From Eledone cirrhosa (Eukaryota), in NCBI GenBank assembly GCA_964016885.1, contig OZ024751.1, positions 16,120,001 through 16,184,000 on the forward strand: DNA of 64,000 bases, given 5' to 3'. The notes under the pieces are model-generated. The model saw only the letters and a program-made list of their open reading frames with translations, did no database searches and was not told the DNA's origin. Shown here one piece after another: positions 41,494 through 55,235 of the stretch (positions are counted from its first letter, which is position 1; each line of letters begins with the position of its first letter). Both the position numbers and the translations under genes were made by a program.

Positions 41494-43577
41494 CTATCCG
41501 TTAGGGTATAATGTGGGGCTGTAATACAGGACATTGTTATGCAATTTATGTTTACAAGCCGAAATTGCCTCAGATTTCTTGTTTAAGATGTGGTCATTGG
41601 TGTAGAGCATTTCCAGGGCTTCAGCGGCGCAAAGATTGCACGGTCTTTTATTTCCGTTATACAATCTGGCCTTAGCTAGGATCTCCCAGTGTAACCTATA
41701 TTGGGTGTGGTTGACTTTTAGACTCCAGATATAAGCAGAAAGTGACGTCATATTCCTTCTTAAAGAGTTAAGAAAAGAATGGGTGTACATGTAAAGACGC
41801 TGCTTGAATCTATTGGCGGTTAACTCTATGTAGGCCCTATGTGGGTGTTTCTGCCTTACATTTGTAGACAATGTTACCGGAGAGGCATTTCCCGGATAGG
41901 GGGTAGTCAATTACAGTTAGTACTAGCTACAGGATTGCACGTGTTCCTACAGCTAGGCAATTGAGCTAAATTTTAAGCAGTGATGTTATGTGCAAGGTTA
42001 GGAGTCGTAGAGGAAGATATTTTCATGGTATTTCTATTAAAAATATTATTATATTTACGTGCTGAGGGGAAATGCTTCTTAATAAGGGAGAGAAAGATTT
42101 TAGCTAATGGCGTGGTCACCTCCATATTATATGGTGGGTTATAGCATATAATGCGTCGGGATCTATTTTTCCTAGGTCTATTCTCGTACTCTGTATAAGC
42201 TACCTTATCGACAAATCCACTCCGAGCAAGAGCTTCATTGTAATGTGGGGAATATTCGTTGAAAATATGCTCGTTTGTAGATAGACAGGAAGCCTCAAAG
42301 AAACGTTTCTTACCAGGTTCTTGGTTATGCTGGCCGGATGGTTAGAATGCTTACTTATGTAATTAAGCGTATCATACGGCTTTCTATACGGGTAGTGCAA
42401 GCCATTCGACAAATTGAGGGTAACATCGCGGTAATTAACGACCGAGAGGTTGGCCTCAACCTGTATGGATAGGTTGAAGCCTTTAAAGAAGGCTGTGAGT
42501 TCTTTTCTGAACCTGTCGCAAGTCTGTGGGTCGCACTTTGTCATGGTCAAAGACCGTCATCACGGTACAAACCACCGCCCACATTGGGGAATTATTCCTT
42601 GATAGAGAAAAGAAGGAAAAGGCCGATAAGATCAGTAACCTCCACCGAATCGCTGGCGCCCATACTCACGTCGAACGGGGTACTATTAGATTTTTTAATC
42701 CAAATAGAGTCGTCGAAATTAATCAGCGACTTACGGGCATTGAGGACGATATCAACTTCAAAATCCTTAACCACCGTGAGCGTTTTAACGAAATTGATAG
42801 TTCTAAGAAGAAGAGGTAAAGTGATGGAGGAGTAGTAGTTATTGATGTCGAATTGGATAAAACGACAATGTTCCTTGTTGCATGTACCATTGAACCAATC
42901 AATCACCGCAAAAGAATTGTTCCACAGTGCAATAGGGGCCAAGCTTCTAATTTCAGGAATAATTCTATCTAAATTCCTTTACTAAGTCTACCTAAATCGG
43001 ACTTCGTATTGTTAATAGGCCGAATAGAGGGGTTGTTGGCGAAATTGGGTTTGTGATCCTGCAGAGTAAAGGGGGGAGAATAAGGGTCCAGAGGTTCTGT
43101 CCGGTCCTGGAAGTTGCGTTCAGATGTGATTTTAAACCCAGCATCATTGATGTCTTTAATGACACTCCGATTAGTTTTCCGGTAATCCTTAGTTACAGTA
43201 TTATGTAGCAGTTGATGGTAAGTACTACGCTCCACTTGATATAGATTGCCAGTTTTGTCGGAGTGGACGTGCACGGCATTAGAATCCTTAATGGAACGAA
43301 TTCTATTCTTCAGGTCCCGCAGGAAGGAATTGCTCCTATTCCGAAATTTGATACTCCGCATGAGTTCCAAGACATCGTTTTCGAAGGGTAGCGATGCTGG
43401 GTTACTCGGAGGGTTATTATAAGTATTAAACCCAAATTTATCGTGTTTATTGTCCGCTTTTTCCTGATTATCGAAATAAAAGGCACGCCAACGCAACCTT
43501 TTAAGAACGAGTCAGTTTTCTGAATCAGGATTTTTAGGTATGTTCTTTGTAGAAATATTCAGATGTTGTTTCTGCAT
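41494..43577 (-). pseudogene. Degenerate near-full-length Penelope-like ORF (RT plus C-terminal GIY-YIG)
   Basis: MQKQHLNISTKNIP..KRLRWRAFYF, SDKTGNLY, HKP..PSIRPIN, FIQFDINNYYSSI, FDVSMGA.D..EVTDLIG, YRKP...YI...SNHP, YIELT..FKQRLY..H..SF...TSLS.YIW.LK...WEIL...CNLC..E; several frameshifts. Confidence 0.9.
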
Positions 43578-44727
43578 GATGAATATAAGTCAATAGATTG
43601 CTCAACTGAGGGAGCCAAATAGTAATAATAATAAATTTGAAGATTAAGATCCAAAGAGGGCTCGATAAGGATTATGTATGTGTCACGCGGGTTATGTATG
43701 TGCGCGCGTGTTATGTGTACGTGCTTGTATATGCATGCATGGCGGGTGTTTTCGCGTTTGCATGTGTATATACGTATATGGATGCATGTATATATATATT
43801 TAATTATTGTTGATTTCAATAACCTCTGTCATTTTCGTTCTACTAATTATTTACATTATTCTTAACTCTGTAGCCGAGAATCATTAGGTTTCCTAAATAG
43901 AATATTAGTCTACGACTTCATTTATACCATAAACGTGGTTTTGTCTTTGCGTGTAATTGTTCTCATCGCTTATGTGGAGCGATGAGCACGATTACACGCA
44001 AAGTATCGTCCTCCTGTTTTACTTCGGTTGCAATGTTTTTCGAAATACTTACTTCTCCGGTCACAGATTGATTCTTTTAGATTCAAAAGATCCCGTTAAG
44101 GGTGAAAGCATCGATTCTTTGCTTAAACTTTAATCTATTATTTTAATATATATATATATATATATATTGGTAAACGGAATAGAAAATGCTGACAAATTGT
44201 TCACAGTTGAAAAATGGTTTAATTAGGAATAAAAGAGTATTAGTGATTGTATGGGTTAGTATTCAGTTGTGGTTTTAAGTTTTTAAGTTTTTACCGGTTG
44301 CGCATTTCTAAATGCTTTTCAAAAATAATTTTGAGATAGAGTGTCCGTGCTGTTTGCTCTGATCTGATTAGTTTTGGGAATTCTACCTGTTTTTATGTTA
44401 AAAAAGTGGCTCCAGCGTTACTTTGGTATATAGTGAATATCATTTCACACCTTTTATTGTTAAGATTGTTGATGTTCTATTAAGAGAACCGATTTTACTG
44501 AAAAAATCGAATAATGTACACCATTTTACCAGGGGGAAAAAAATAGTGGTCCCCCCCCACACACATATATACACACACACACATACACACGCGTACATCA
44601 ACATACAAAGAGACTTATATACACACACACACACACACGCACTTCTCCGTATAAGACAAAAGCTGAAAAATATCTTTTGACATGCTACATTCTTACTGAC
44701 CATCCCTGCCACCACGAATTACTCTGC

Positions 44728-44866
<139 letters not shown>

Positions 44867-44894
44867 ATCTCAATAGCCATTTGACACACATCGC

Positions 44895-44957
44895 TGTATT
44901 TTCTTTTGTCCCTATATACGGTGATAGCTATTAATTCAATTCAATTTTTATATAGAG

Positions 44958-44996
<39 letters not shown>

Positions 44997-45562
44997 TTCA
45001 AGAGTAACCAATCTTAAAGAGAGAGATGGAGATAGTAGAGGAGATATGAGAGGAAAGAATGGTGAGTTAGTTAGAAGCCAAAGCGTAAAAGCATGTGCTC
45101 AATGTGCAATATGCAGTAGAAAGCAGCTAGGTGGCTGGGTTCATGCAGAAGTTAGGTGCGCAGAGCTGGAAATATTCATTAGTTAAGCAAAACAAGACCA
45201 CAAATTTCACAAGTAAGACATTATTAAAAGATTGTCAACATATTTAGTTTGATGTAAGGAATGTAGAGAATAATAATAATAATAATATTAATAATAATAA
45301 TGCCCATTTACAATTGTTTCGCTACTCCGTATAATATTTTTTTAAATATGTTAATTATTTTCAACTGAACCAGATCAATTATGATACATAGTCATCTGAT
45401 CCAGAAATATTATACGGAGTAGCGAAACAATTGTAAACGGACATTATTATTATTAATATTATTATTATTATTCTCTACATTCCTTACATGAAACTAAATA
45501 TGTTGACAATCTTTTAACAATGTCTTCCTTGTGAAATTTGTGGTCTTGTTTTGCTTAACTAA

Positions 45563-45566
<4 letters not shown>
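44895..45566. mobile_element. Second copy of the 32469-33310 element, with fold-back arms 45172-45338 and 45405-45566
   Basis: Shared sequence including an internal (TA)n tract; HHR 3' half GAAA-caattg-TA. Confidence 0.75.
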
Positions 45567-45601
<35 letters not shown>

Positions 45602-45625
45602 GTATGTATATATATATATATATAC

Positions 45626-45691
<66 letters not shown>

Positions 45692-45814
45692 ATATGTATA
45701 TATATATTCATACATACATACATATGTATATATATTTACGTACATACATATGTATATATATATGTATATATATATATATACATACATACATACATGCATA
45801 CATACATACATACA

Positions 45815-45845
<31 letters not shown>

Positions 45846-45846
45846 G

Positions 45847-45905
<59 letters not shown>

Positions 45906-46066
45906 GTATGTATGTGTATATATATATATATACATATGTATGTATGTGTATATATACATATGTATGTATATATATACATATGTATGTATATATATATATA
46001 CACACATATGTATGTATATATATATATATATATACATATGCATGCATGTATGTATATATATGTATA

Positions 46067-46105
<39 letters not shown>

Positions 46106-46410
46106 ATATGTGTGTGTGTCTATGTGTGTGTGTAAAAGGTAAACAGAAAGAACAACACAATCGGTACAGTATATGGAAGGGATATATTAGGTTAACTCTT
46201 GAAATAGCAGGAAGGGTGTCGTAACGTTTCGGACACTAGTTCTTCATCAGAACAAACAATAGGAAATAGGATAGATTGAAGGGACGGTTGGGTTCGAATT
46301 GGAAAAAAATCTCTTTATATAAAATAACAGGTCCATTCAATGTTGACATCTCTTGGAAAATTGCTGATGCTGGTGTTTTATGTATGAAATATGGATGATG
46401 GACCGCGACA

Positions 46411-46453
<43 letters not shown>

Positions 46454-48158
46454 CGATCAAAAGATTGTTAAAAGTGTTCCAAGTATTCTATTATGCGCAT
46501 TTCAAAAACAGATATCATCATGAGATGATATCTGCGTTTTCATCAGATAAAATAGGGATACATTATATGAAGGTTAAAATACACTTGTGAATAGTGAAGT
46601 TTTAAATCAACATATATATTATTTATACTCCAGTCCTACAAATTGTAGAGTGCTACTTATCCGATATTTGCATTGCTTTATTGTGCTACAATAAAATCAC
46701 CTCCTACATAGATATATATATATATATATATTAAAGGAACGATCGACTTTCGTCAAATCGGACCGTGGGAACAATGTTTCCGTTGGTCTTTCCAATTGCT
46801 AATACTATCTATCGGTCGCAACTCCAGGTAGAAGGAGCAACGTGAAATAAAGTGTCTTGCTCAAGGACATAACGCATCGCCTGGTCCAGGAATCGAACTC
46901 ACAACCTTACGATTGCGAATCCAATTCTCTAACCACTCAGCCACACGCCTTCACATATATATTGTTGCAAGTTTGCGATTTGGATCAAATTATAGCCTAC
47001 GTGTTTGCCACAAGTAGTCCATCCATGGATTTAACATAATCACTTGGCCCTTGGGTACATTTGCCGAAATCGGTTCTATAGCAAGCATTTGTACCAGCCT
47101 CTCCATTAAGGGCAATTTCTCTCTCTCTCCCTCACTCTTCCCCCTCACCCCCACTCTCTCTCACCCTCTCACCCTCTCTCTCACGGTTTCTCTCTCTAAT
47201 TTGGCCCAAACACCCCGTAAATATCCACTGCTCAAAAGATCTCATGGTATCAAGATAGAGTTGCCTTCCTTGACTGAAACCATTAAACTACGGTATGAAA
47301 AAATAAATTTTATCTATAGAATAAATCCAAAGCTTGTATGATGAATATAAGAATGTATCAATAATTCAAAGAAAATTTTTATATAATGTATGTTTAACAT
47401 ATCTGTTGTAGTCACCACTTAAATCTATTGAAATATTTATTTTAGTTTTTGATACAATTCATTGTTACACTGTCGTTAAACATATTCTCTTCTTTTCTTC
47501 AACTTTTTGGCACTTACCAAAGGACAATTGACGCAAAAATACAAAAAAAAATATATATATATAATAATACAAAACAACAACAACAATAATATGAAAAAGA
47601 ACAACTTTACTGGAATTACTCGAATAACAATATATTTCTTTTACATCTTTGTAAACATTTGTACAATTATTCAATTATTTCATTTATTTACTTAACCCTT
47701 TCAATACCTACTCTACCTGAAACTGTTTCTATAAAAGTATTGATATTTAGATTCAAATACTGGATCAAAATTTCATTATTAGACGAAAGCTTATATTTGA
47801 TTTCAGTGGTAAACGTTTGTTTTTTATTAAGTTAATACCTTTATTTAATGTTCCATAATTCTTGATTCCACCTCATATTATATTTTTTCTTTCGACATTT
47901 ATCGCATGTAAGGAATACTTTTGATAAGCGTCAAATATATAAAAATAATGAACAAGGTTGAATAACGGTTAAATTCTAAGAAAGAAAGAAAATTATATTT
48001 GAATATGGAAACATCATTAATGTTGGTCATTAAATATATATGTTAACAAATATAGTCTTGGCGGTCATGTGAATTAAAAACAAAAATCAGGAAGCTTTTG
48101 TCTTGTAGGTAGTAAAAGAAGACTGAAAGGATATTTAGTCTTAAATACTAAGTCGAAG

Positions 48159-48722
48159 AAGGCGGAGAAATAGCAGAGGGGAAACATCGGAGAAAATGCT
48201 TTCTGGTATTGGTTTCGGCTCTCTGCTCTCTCAGTTCAAATCCCACCGAGGTCAGCTTTGCCTTTCATCTATTCGAGGTCGATAAAAAAACTACCAGTCT
48301 TGTACCGGGGTCGGTTCTTTCTTAATATCTTGTTCTAACTGCCATTATTTCATCTTCGTAAAGGCGGTGGATTGGCATTATTGGTAGAGAGTTACGGCCC
48401 TTGCCATTCTGAGTTCAAATCCCGCCGAGGTTAACTTTGCCTTTCATCCTTACGGGGGTCGATAAAATAAAGTACCAGTAATGTACTGGGTAATTGCTGG
48501 CCTTGTGCGAAAAGAGGAAACAATTATTGGTAGAGAGTCGGATACCATGCTTTGCAGCCTAGAGTTGCGGCCCTTTATGATCTGAGTTCAAATCCCGCCG
48601 AGGTTAACTTTGCCTTTCATCTTTACGATAAAATAAAGTACCAGTCACGCACTGGGGTCGATTTAATCGACTTTCCTCCCCCCCCCCAAATTGCAGGCCT
48701 TGTGCCTATATAAGAAACGATT
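48159..48722 (+). mobile_element. Three tandem SINE copies
   Basis: gttcaaatccc.ccgagg..gcctttcatc core at about 48235, 48412 and 48585. Confidence 0.85.
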
Positions 48723-49745
48723 ATTTCCTCTTCGTTCTACCCTTGCCTGGAAGAAATCTGTTGTATTCACGCATGGAGAGGAGATCACCTCTGCCAGGTA
48801 TCAAACATGCCCTAGAAATGCTATATGGAGAAAAATCGCTCCCAAATTTGGACTGTTGCTTTGCTTTATTTCGCCGAGATTTGAACTCGAGATTTGAGAG
48901 CAGTCAACAGGGACAAATGAAGCAAATCATTCTATCTGACATTCTAACAACTCTGCCAATTCGCCACTAACGCATGGCAAAACGAACGTAATAACGAACG
49001 TAAAAACGAACGTAAAAACGAACGTAAATACGAACGTAAAAACGAACGTAAAAACTGTTCTACTGATCCTGCTCCTCCTACAGCTACAGTTACTTCTACT
49101 GCTACTGCTACAGCTGCTGCTAATGCTACTGTTGCTGCTTTGGGCGAGGATAATGGTGATGATGATGATGATGATGATGATGACTAAAAATATGTTCGTC
49201 AATCAACATCACACCCGCAAGCGGTAATGAGAAAGTACGTTTTTTTTCTTTATTGATCAAGGTACCGGCATATTGTTACAGTATTAAATATTCTAATGTT
49301 TAAAAATAAAATAAAAACACATTTCAAAAAACACAATTGGAATAATATATGAGAAATAAGCCAATACATAATTAACCCAACGTTTCAATTTGTTTGAAAT
49401 TGTTTCTTTCAGTATTAATAACTCCTGTAACAGAATAACTAATTTTTCTAAAAACGTCTGAACTCCCCTGCCTTCGGACCTTACGAAATTTGCATATTTT
49501 ACAAATTTTATTAACTGTTTTTTTTTTGTCATTTATTTATTTTGACACAACTAATACTAGTTTTCTCCTAATTTTGTTTACTTTCTTCTTTTTTTTTTTT
49601 AGAAAGTGTTGTTTATTTGATCTGTTCACACGTGTGTCTCAAAGGAATATAATTAATTTTGAGACGTAACATAATTTTAGTTTAAATAATGGTTTTTAAA
49701 TTAAACACAAGGTTAACGATGTTTGAAGATGTCTCAAGTCGATTA

Positions 49746-50090
49746 CGAGGGTCGGCTGAAAAGTTCATAAGCTGAGCAAGATATTCTCATGGAATGACCA
49801 AATGTGGTTTATTTTTGCAAATAAACAATGAAGTTAGTAATAAGAAAAGTAGAAATTAATGCATACAAGATTTCACAGCTCTAATATCAATCCTTCATAT
49901 CCAGCCTATGAACGTTTCAGTCTACCCTCATATATACACATGCACCCACGCATACAAGGGTGGGCTGAAAAGTTCATAGGCTGACCAAGATACTCTCATG
50001 GAATGACCAAATGTGGTTGATTTTTCAACATAGTCCCTGGAAAGCATCAACCCTTCATAGCCATCCTATGAGCGTTTCAACCGACCATCG
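49746..50090. mobile_element. Two mariner-like MITEs (49746-49930 and 49955-50090)
   Basis: TIRs cgagggtcggctgaaaagttcata / tatgaacgtttcagtctaccctca with TA flanks; second copy similar. Confidence 0.7.
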
Positions 50091-50351
50091 TATTTTATCA
50101 AAGTTGATCAAGGTAGGATTTGAACTCACAACGATAAGATCTGAGAGAAATACTGCAATGTTCGACGCTCTAATGTTTCTACTAATCGATCGCTCAGAAT
50201 TAGTTTTTAATTAAGTAAAAGATAAATCATGTTATATTTGTGCATAAAATACCTTGCAGTATGCATGCATGTATGTATGTATGTATGTATGTATGTATGT
50301 ATGTATGTATGTATGTATGTATGTATGTATGTATGTATGTATGTATGTATG

Positions 50352-50920
50352 TATCCCAGTACAACCTGTCTCATGGTCGGGTCGTTGGCGTCTAAACTGG
50401 CAACCCCACCAAGGTTTCTTGGTGAGGAGGGTGACTTTGGACATCCTGCAGTACTAAAAACAAAATCTGTCAAAGGGAAAAGGAGCTCTTAAGAGTCAAT
50501 GGCCATCCAAAATCACCGGGAGAGACGACCCCTTAGCCTTTGTCAATGCATAATTCTAGAAGGAAAACTCTGATATAACACCTGCAACCCTGATGGTATC
50601 CAATGATGTTGACTTGTTCTTATTTTTGGTAAATATCATCTTGGTTAAGAGAGTGGGACTGGCTTTGTGCAGTGCCTTTGCTCACTATAAAAGCTTCACG
50701 GCACAGGTATTGCTTTATATCTGGAGATCTCTCTGCACTTGTCGTCACATGGTACCATGGGCCCAGCACTATGTGTCAATAATTGTCACAAGTGTAGCGT
50801 TTGTACCAGAGTTTTCAAGTCGCTGGCTGGACTAAAAAGTCACACTCGTTCAGCGCATCGGTAGGGGTTCTACATGGATATAAAGTAGTGGCCGTACTCG
50901 AAAACGAGTTGGCAGCCACC
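50352..50920 (+). mobile_element. Bipartite non-autonomous RTE-like element in (TATG)n
   Basis: RTE-5'UTR-like head (ggcaacccc...gaaggaaaactctgat) joined to a 3' end encoding CTRVFKSLAGLKSHTRSAHR; (atgt)n tail. Confidence 0.7.
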
Positions 50921-51002
50921 ATGTATGTATGTATGTATGTATGTATGTATGTATGTATGTATGTATGTATGTATGTACGTAGGTATGTATGTATATATGT
51001 AT

Positions 51003-51600
51003 GATCTTTCGGCACCGGTTGAGGTGGTGTGGACACGTGGTCCGAATGTCTGATGATCGCATTCCAAAACAACTTCTCTACGGAGAACTGTGTGAAGGAA
51101 GGCGACCACCACACAAACCAAAAGTACGGTGCCGGGACTGTGTCAGGAGTCCCTTGGTTGTGCTGGACTTTCATCTGACGAATGGGAGAAAATGGCGTGT
51201 GAAGTGGAGACGTTTGATCAAGTCAGGTAGTGAACACGTTGAAACTCGTCAGAGAGAACACCTTACACTGAAAATGAAGGTAAGGAAAGAAGACTGTTCT
51301 GAACTGCCTGCTGTTTAGCATCATCTGATTTGTGAGCACTGTGATCAAGTCTGCCGGAATAAAGCTGCTTTGACTAGACACGAATAAAGTCATATCAGGA
51401 GACCTCATGTAGATTATGATCTAAAAAGGTGTAAGAAATGTGGCAAGGAATGTGCTAGCATGGGAGGGCTCAAAAGACACATGACAATACACAGCCAGAA
51501 CAAAGTTTCGGAGGAGACTACATTTGCCCTATATGTGCCAGAGGGTGCAAGTCTTTGGATGCTTTAAAGAGTCACATTCGTGCCTCACAATTTTGAGCAT
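51003..51600 (+). mobile_element. RTE-BovB-like 3' fragment with degenerate C2H2 fingers
   Basis: HRLRWCGHVVRMSDDRIPKQLLYGEL..GRR; CEHC...LTRHE, CKKCGKEC...GLKRHM..H. Confidence 0.8.
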
Positions 51601-51914
51601 TTTATTTAAAAACAACAACTCTGAATACGTAGTAGTTTAAGTTTAAGTGAAGGTAAATAGTTAGTAAAGTAAAACTAATGAGAAACCTATGTAAATCCAC
51701 TGTCATTGAGCAGTTCTAATTTAAAAAGAAAATGCCTCATTAGGTATAAGGTATCTATTAATCACTTATAATGCTTTAATAGCCGAAGTACCTAAGATCG
51801 CCAAAGTATTACAATTCTTATTCTATATCTCAACGAGAAATATTTCAGTTCAACAGATGTTAGATGAAATATGGTGACTCTTAATTGGTTTGGAGAATTG
51901 TTATCCATATATGT

Positions 51915-52405
51915 CTTCTTCTAGTTTTATAATTTCACAAATTTTTACCAATAGAGAGAGAGAGTCGGTTTCTAACATAGTTACAGGACTCTCTCATTGC
52001 AACTAGGTGGATATGTTTGAATGTCTGCATGCATGTGTGTGTAGGTATGGATGTTATTGTATGTGTGGATGTGGATGGTTTGAGTTGTTATGTGTGCAAG
52101 TGCATATGATTTGTATCTGTACAAGTGTATATGCAGTTATCAGATGCAGAATCTTTGGAATGTTTTACATATTTTTACTATTCCATTAATGGATTGTACT
52201 TGTACTTTCCTAATTAGTTGTGTTCTTTCTGTTTCTGTGAAGCCCAGCTTCTCTAGATTTATACTGGGGCAATTACTAACATATCCCAGTGTCCTAATAA
52301 TTACAGGCATAAATCTGAAGGTGTAATCAGGGTGGAGTATCTGTAGATTTCTCATTAGTTCTGCATAGATATTCTCCTTTTTGCTAATCTTTGCTACTAT
52401 ATTGG

Positions 52406-52437
<32 letters not shown>

Positions 52438-52797
52438 TGTATGTATGTATGTTCTTCTGGTTTTATAATTTCACAAAGTTTTACCAATAGAGAGAGAGTC
52501 GGTTTCTAACATAGACACAATACTCTCTCATTGGAATTTACACAACATCAACTAGGTAGATTATGTATGTATGTCTGCATGCATGCATGTGTTTGATATG
52601 GATGTTATTGTATGTGTGGATGTGTATGTTTTGAGTTGTATGTGTGCATGTGTATATGCTTTATATCTGTACATGTGTATATGCAGTTATTAGATGCAAC
52701 ATTTTTGGAATGTTTTACATATTTTTACTGTTCCATTAATGGATTGTACTTGTAATTTCCTAACTAGTTGTGTTCTTTCTGTTCCTGTGAAGCCTAG
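51915..52797 (-). mobile_element. Two tandem R4/Dong-type 3' fragments (51915-52405 and 52452-52797) separated by (TACA)n
   Basis: KENIYAELMRNLQILHPDYTFRFMPVII...KICKTFQRF plus the shared 3' UTR. Confidence 0.8.
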
Positions 52798-53267
52798 TGT
52801 GTATGTATGTATGTATGTATGTATGTATGTATGTATGTATGTATGTATGTATGTATGTATGTATGTATGTATGTATGTTTGTATGCATGTATGTATGTGT
52901 CTGTGTGTGGTCCCGTAACTACTAATACTCTAATGCGGTGGTGGTGCATTGCATTCTCGTGCACTAGTATTACCATATTCCTAATATTACCATATTTACA
53001 ATCTTACCATATTCGCAATACAGAAATGACACATGATTGAATGACACATGATTTAAAAAAAGAAATATATCTACATTAAAACTATTTTATGTATGGCCCC
53101 GTAACTCCTGATTGAGTCGTAGGGACGCCGTATTGACATACGGCATTTCTTGGTCATTTTAAGCCCTTTGCCGAGCCCATTTCTCTCCAGGCCTGAGTAC
53201 AGTAGATTCCTTCCAGAGAAAGATAGAAAGTGAGAGAGAGGAAATTAGAAAGAGATATAGAGGAAAA

Positions 53268-53422
53268 ATCGACCCCAGTATTACACTAGTAATTTTTTAT
53301 CGACCTCGAAAGGATGAAAAGCAAAGTTGACCTCGGTGGGATTTGAACTCAGAGAGCAGAGAGTCGGAACGAATACCATTAAGCATTCTATTCGATGTTC
53401 TAACGACTGCCAATTCGCAGCC
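53268..53422 (-). mobile_element. SINE
   Basis: Shared core tatcgacc..ggatgaaa.gcaaagttgacctcgg..ggatttgaactcag. Confidence 0.75.
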
Positions 53423-53786
53423 TATGTTATCCATTTGACTCGCACACAAATGGTTCTTAGTTAATATCTTTGATACCAAACTGTCAAAAACAACCCCCTG
53501 ATACAACTATAAAAACTATAAACACTTTAAAGGGTTTATATTTATTTAAAATCCTTTCCATCATAATTTTATGCAAGAACATAGTTGATGCTTCTCTAAT
53601 TCTTGCTTGAATTAAAATAACACGACCCTTTTCTGATACCGACATTGAAGTTGAAATCATGCATTAGTGATTTGACATCAAACAAAATAAAACGTTCACT
53701 TTTAGAAATCCTATTCATCGATTCTAAATGAATTAAATATACTCAAACGCCAGCACGAACAGTTTTGCAAGAGATGTCAACATGAA

Positions 53787-54215
53787 TGGACCTGTTATTT
53801 TCATCTAAAGACATTTTTTCCAATTCCATCCCGCCCGTCTCCTCAATCTATCTTATCTCTCATTCTTTCTTCTGATGAAGGACTACCGTCCAAAATATTA
53901 AGACCCTCTTCCTGCTATATCAAGCGTTAACCTAATATATAACTTCCATATACTGTACCGATTGTGTTGTTATTTTTGTTTACCTTTTACATACATATAT
54001 ATATATGGACCTGTTATTTTCATCTAAAGACATTTTTTCCAATTCCATCCCGCCCGTCCCCTCAATCTATCTTATCTCTCATTCTTTCTTCTGATGAAGG
54101 ACTACCGTCCAAAATATTAAGACCCTCTTCCTGCTATATCAAGCGTTAACCTAATATATAACTTCCATATACTGTACCGATTGTGTTGTTATTTCTGTTT
54201 ACCTTTTACATACAT
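53787..54215 (+). repeat. Two near-identical about 219-bp tandem units, each with a degenerate HHR
   Basis: tggacctgttattttc at 53787 and 54006; CTGATGA-aggactaccgtcc-aAAA; relatives with intact GAAA at about 46222-46252 (-) and 54574-54602. Confidence 0.8.
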
Positions 54216-54924
54216 ATATATATATAAATATATAGTAATAATAATAAATGTGAAGACTAAAATCCAAAGAGGGCTCGATAAGGATAAATATATATCAAAT
54301 ATATAAGAACCGTAGAGCAAATATTTATTAAAATAACAGATTAAAGTTTAAGCAAAGAATCGCTGCTTTCACCCTTAACGAGATCTTCTGAAAAAAAAAA
54401 AAAAAAAAATATATATATACAGTCAGGCATATATATATATATATATATATACATATATGCCTGACTGGATACGCATGTGTGTTTTTTTCTCCCCAATTTC
54501 TTTCTCATTTTTCTCGTTCCTTCCTCTCATCACTCTTTACTCTCTATTTATCTTCTATTTCTAATTCTATCTTCTGATGAAGTAATAGTGTCCGAAACGT
54601 TAATTCTTTCTTCCTGCTATTTCATGTACTCTGCCGTTTGTTTTGTTATTTCTGTTATTACATTGACACACATACACACACACACGCGCACACACACACA
54701 CACACGCGTGCGCACGCACACGGACACACACACACACACGCGCACGCACACGCACACACGCACACACACACAAACGCACACACACATATACACACACGCA
54801 CACACACACACGCGCACGAGCACACACACACAGACATACATACAACACACACACACGCACAACACACACACATACACACACACACACGCACACACACACA
54901 CACATGCACTCACGCACCCACCCC

Positions 54925-55235
54925 TAATGTTAATGGTTAGAACGTTGGGTTCCCAATCGTGAGGTTGATAGTTGAATTCCAGGACCGGATGGAGTGTTGT
55001 ATCCTTGAGCAAGACTCTTTACTTCACGTTGCTTCTGTTCACTCAGCTAGACAAATGCTAGTGCCAAACTGTATCGGTTTTTGCCTTTCCCTTGGACAAC
55101 TTCGGTGGTGTAGAGACGGCAGACTTGCATGCACGGGCAACTGCTGGCCTTCCGCAAAAACACCTTGCCCAGGATTGTGCCTTGGAGGGGAAGATCATTG
55201 GCTTAAAACCCTCGGTCATTCGTGATAGAAAGGCG
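54925..55235 (+). mobile_element. tRNA-derived SINE, third family
   Basis: tggttaga..gttgaattcc head; tgtatccttgagcaagactctttacttcacgttgct core. Confidence 0.6.

Noticed and set aside
45494-46224. Numerous YI/YVCM/HT-rich ORFs here and throughout the window
   Set aside because: They are translations of (TA)n, (TATG)n and (CA)n microsatellites, which lack stop codons
51310-51595. Host C2H2 zinc-finger gene
   Set aside because: It directly follows the RTE C-terminal motifs and contains stops and frameshifts, so it is part of the retroelement
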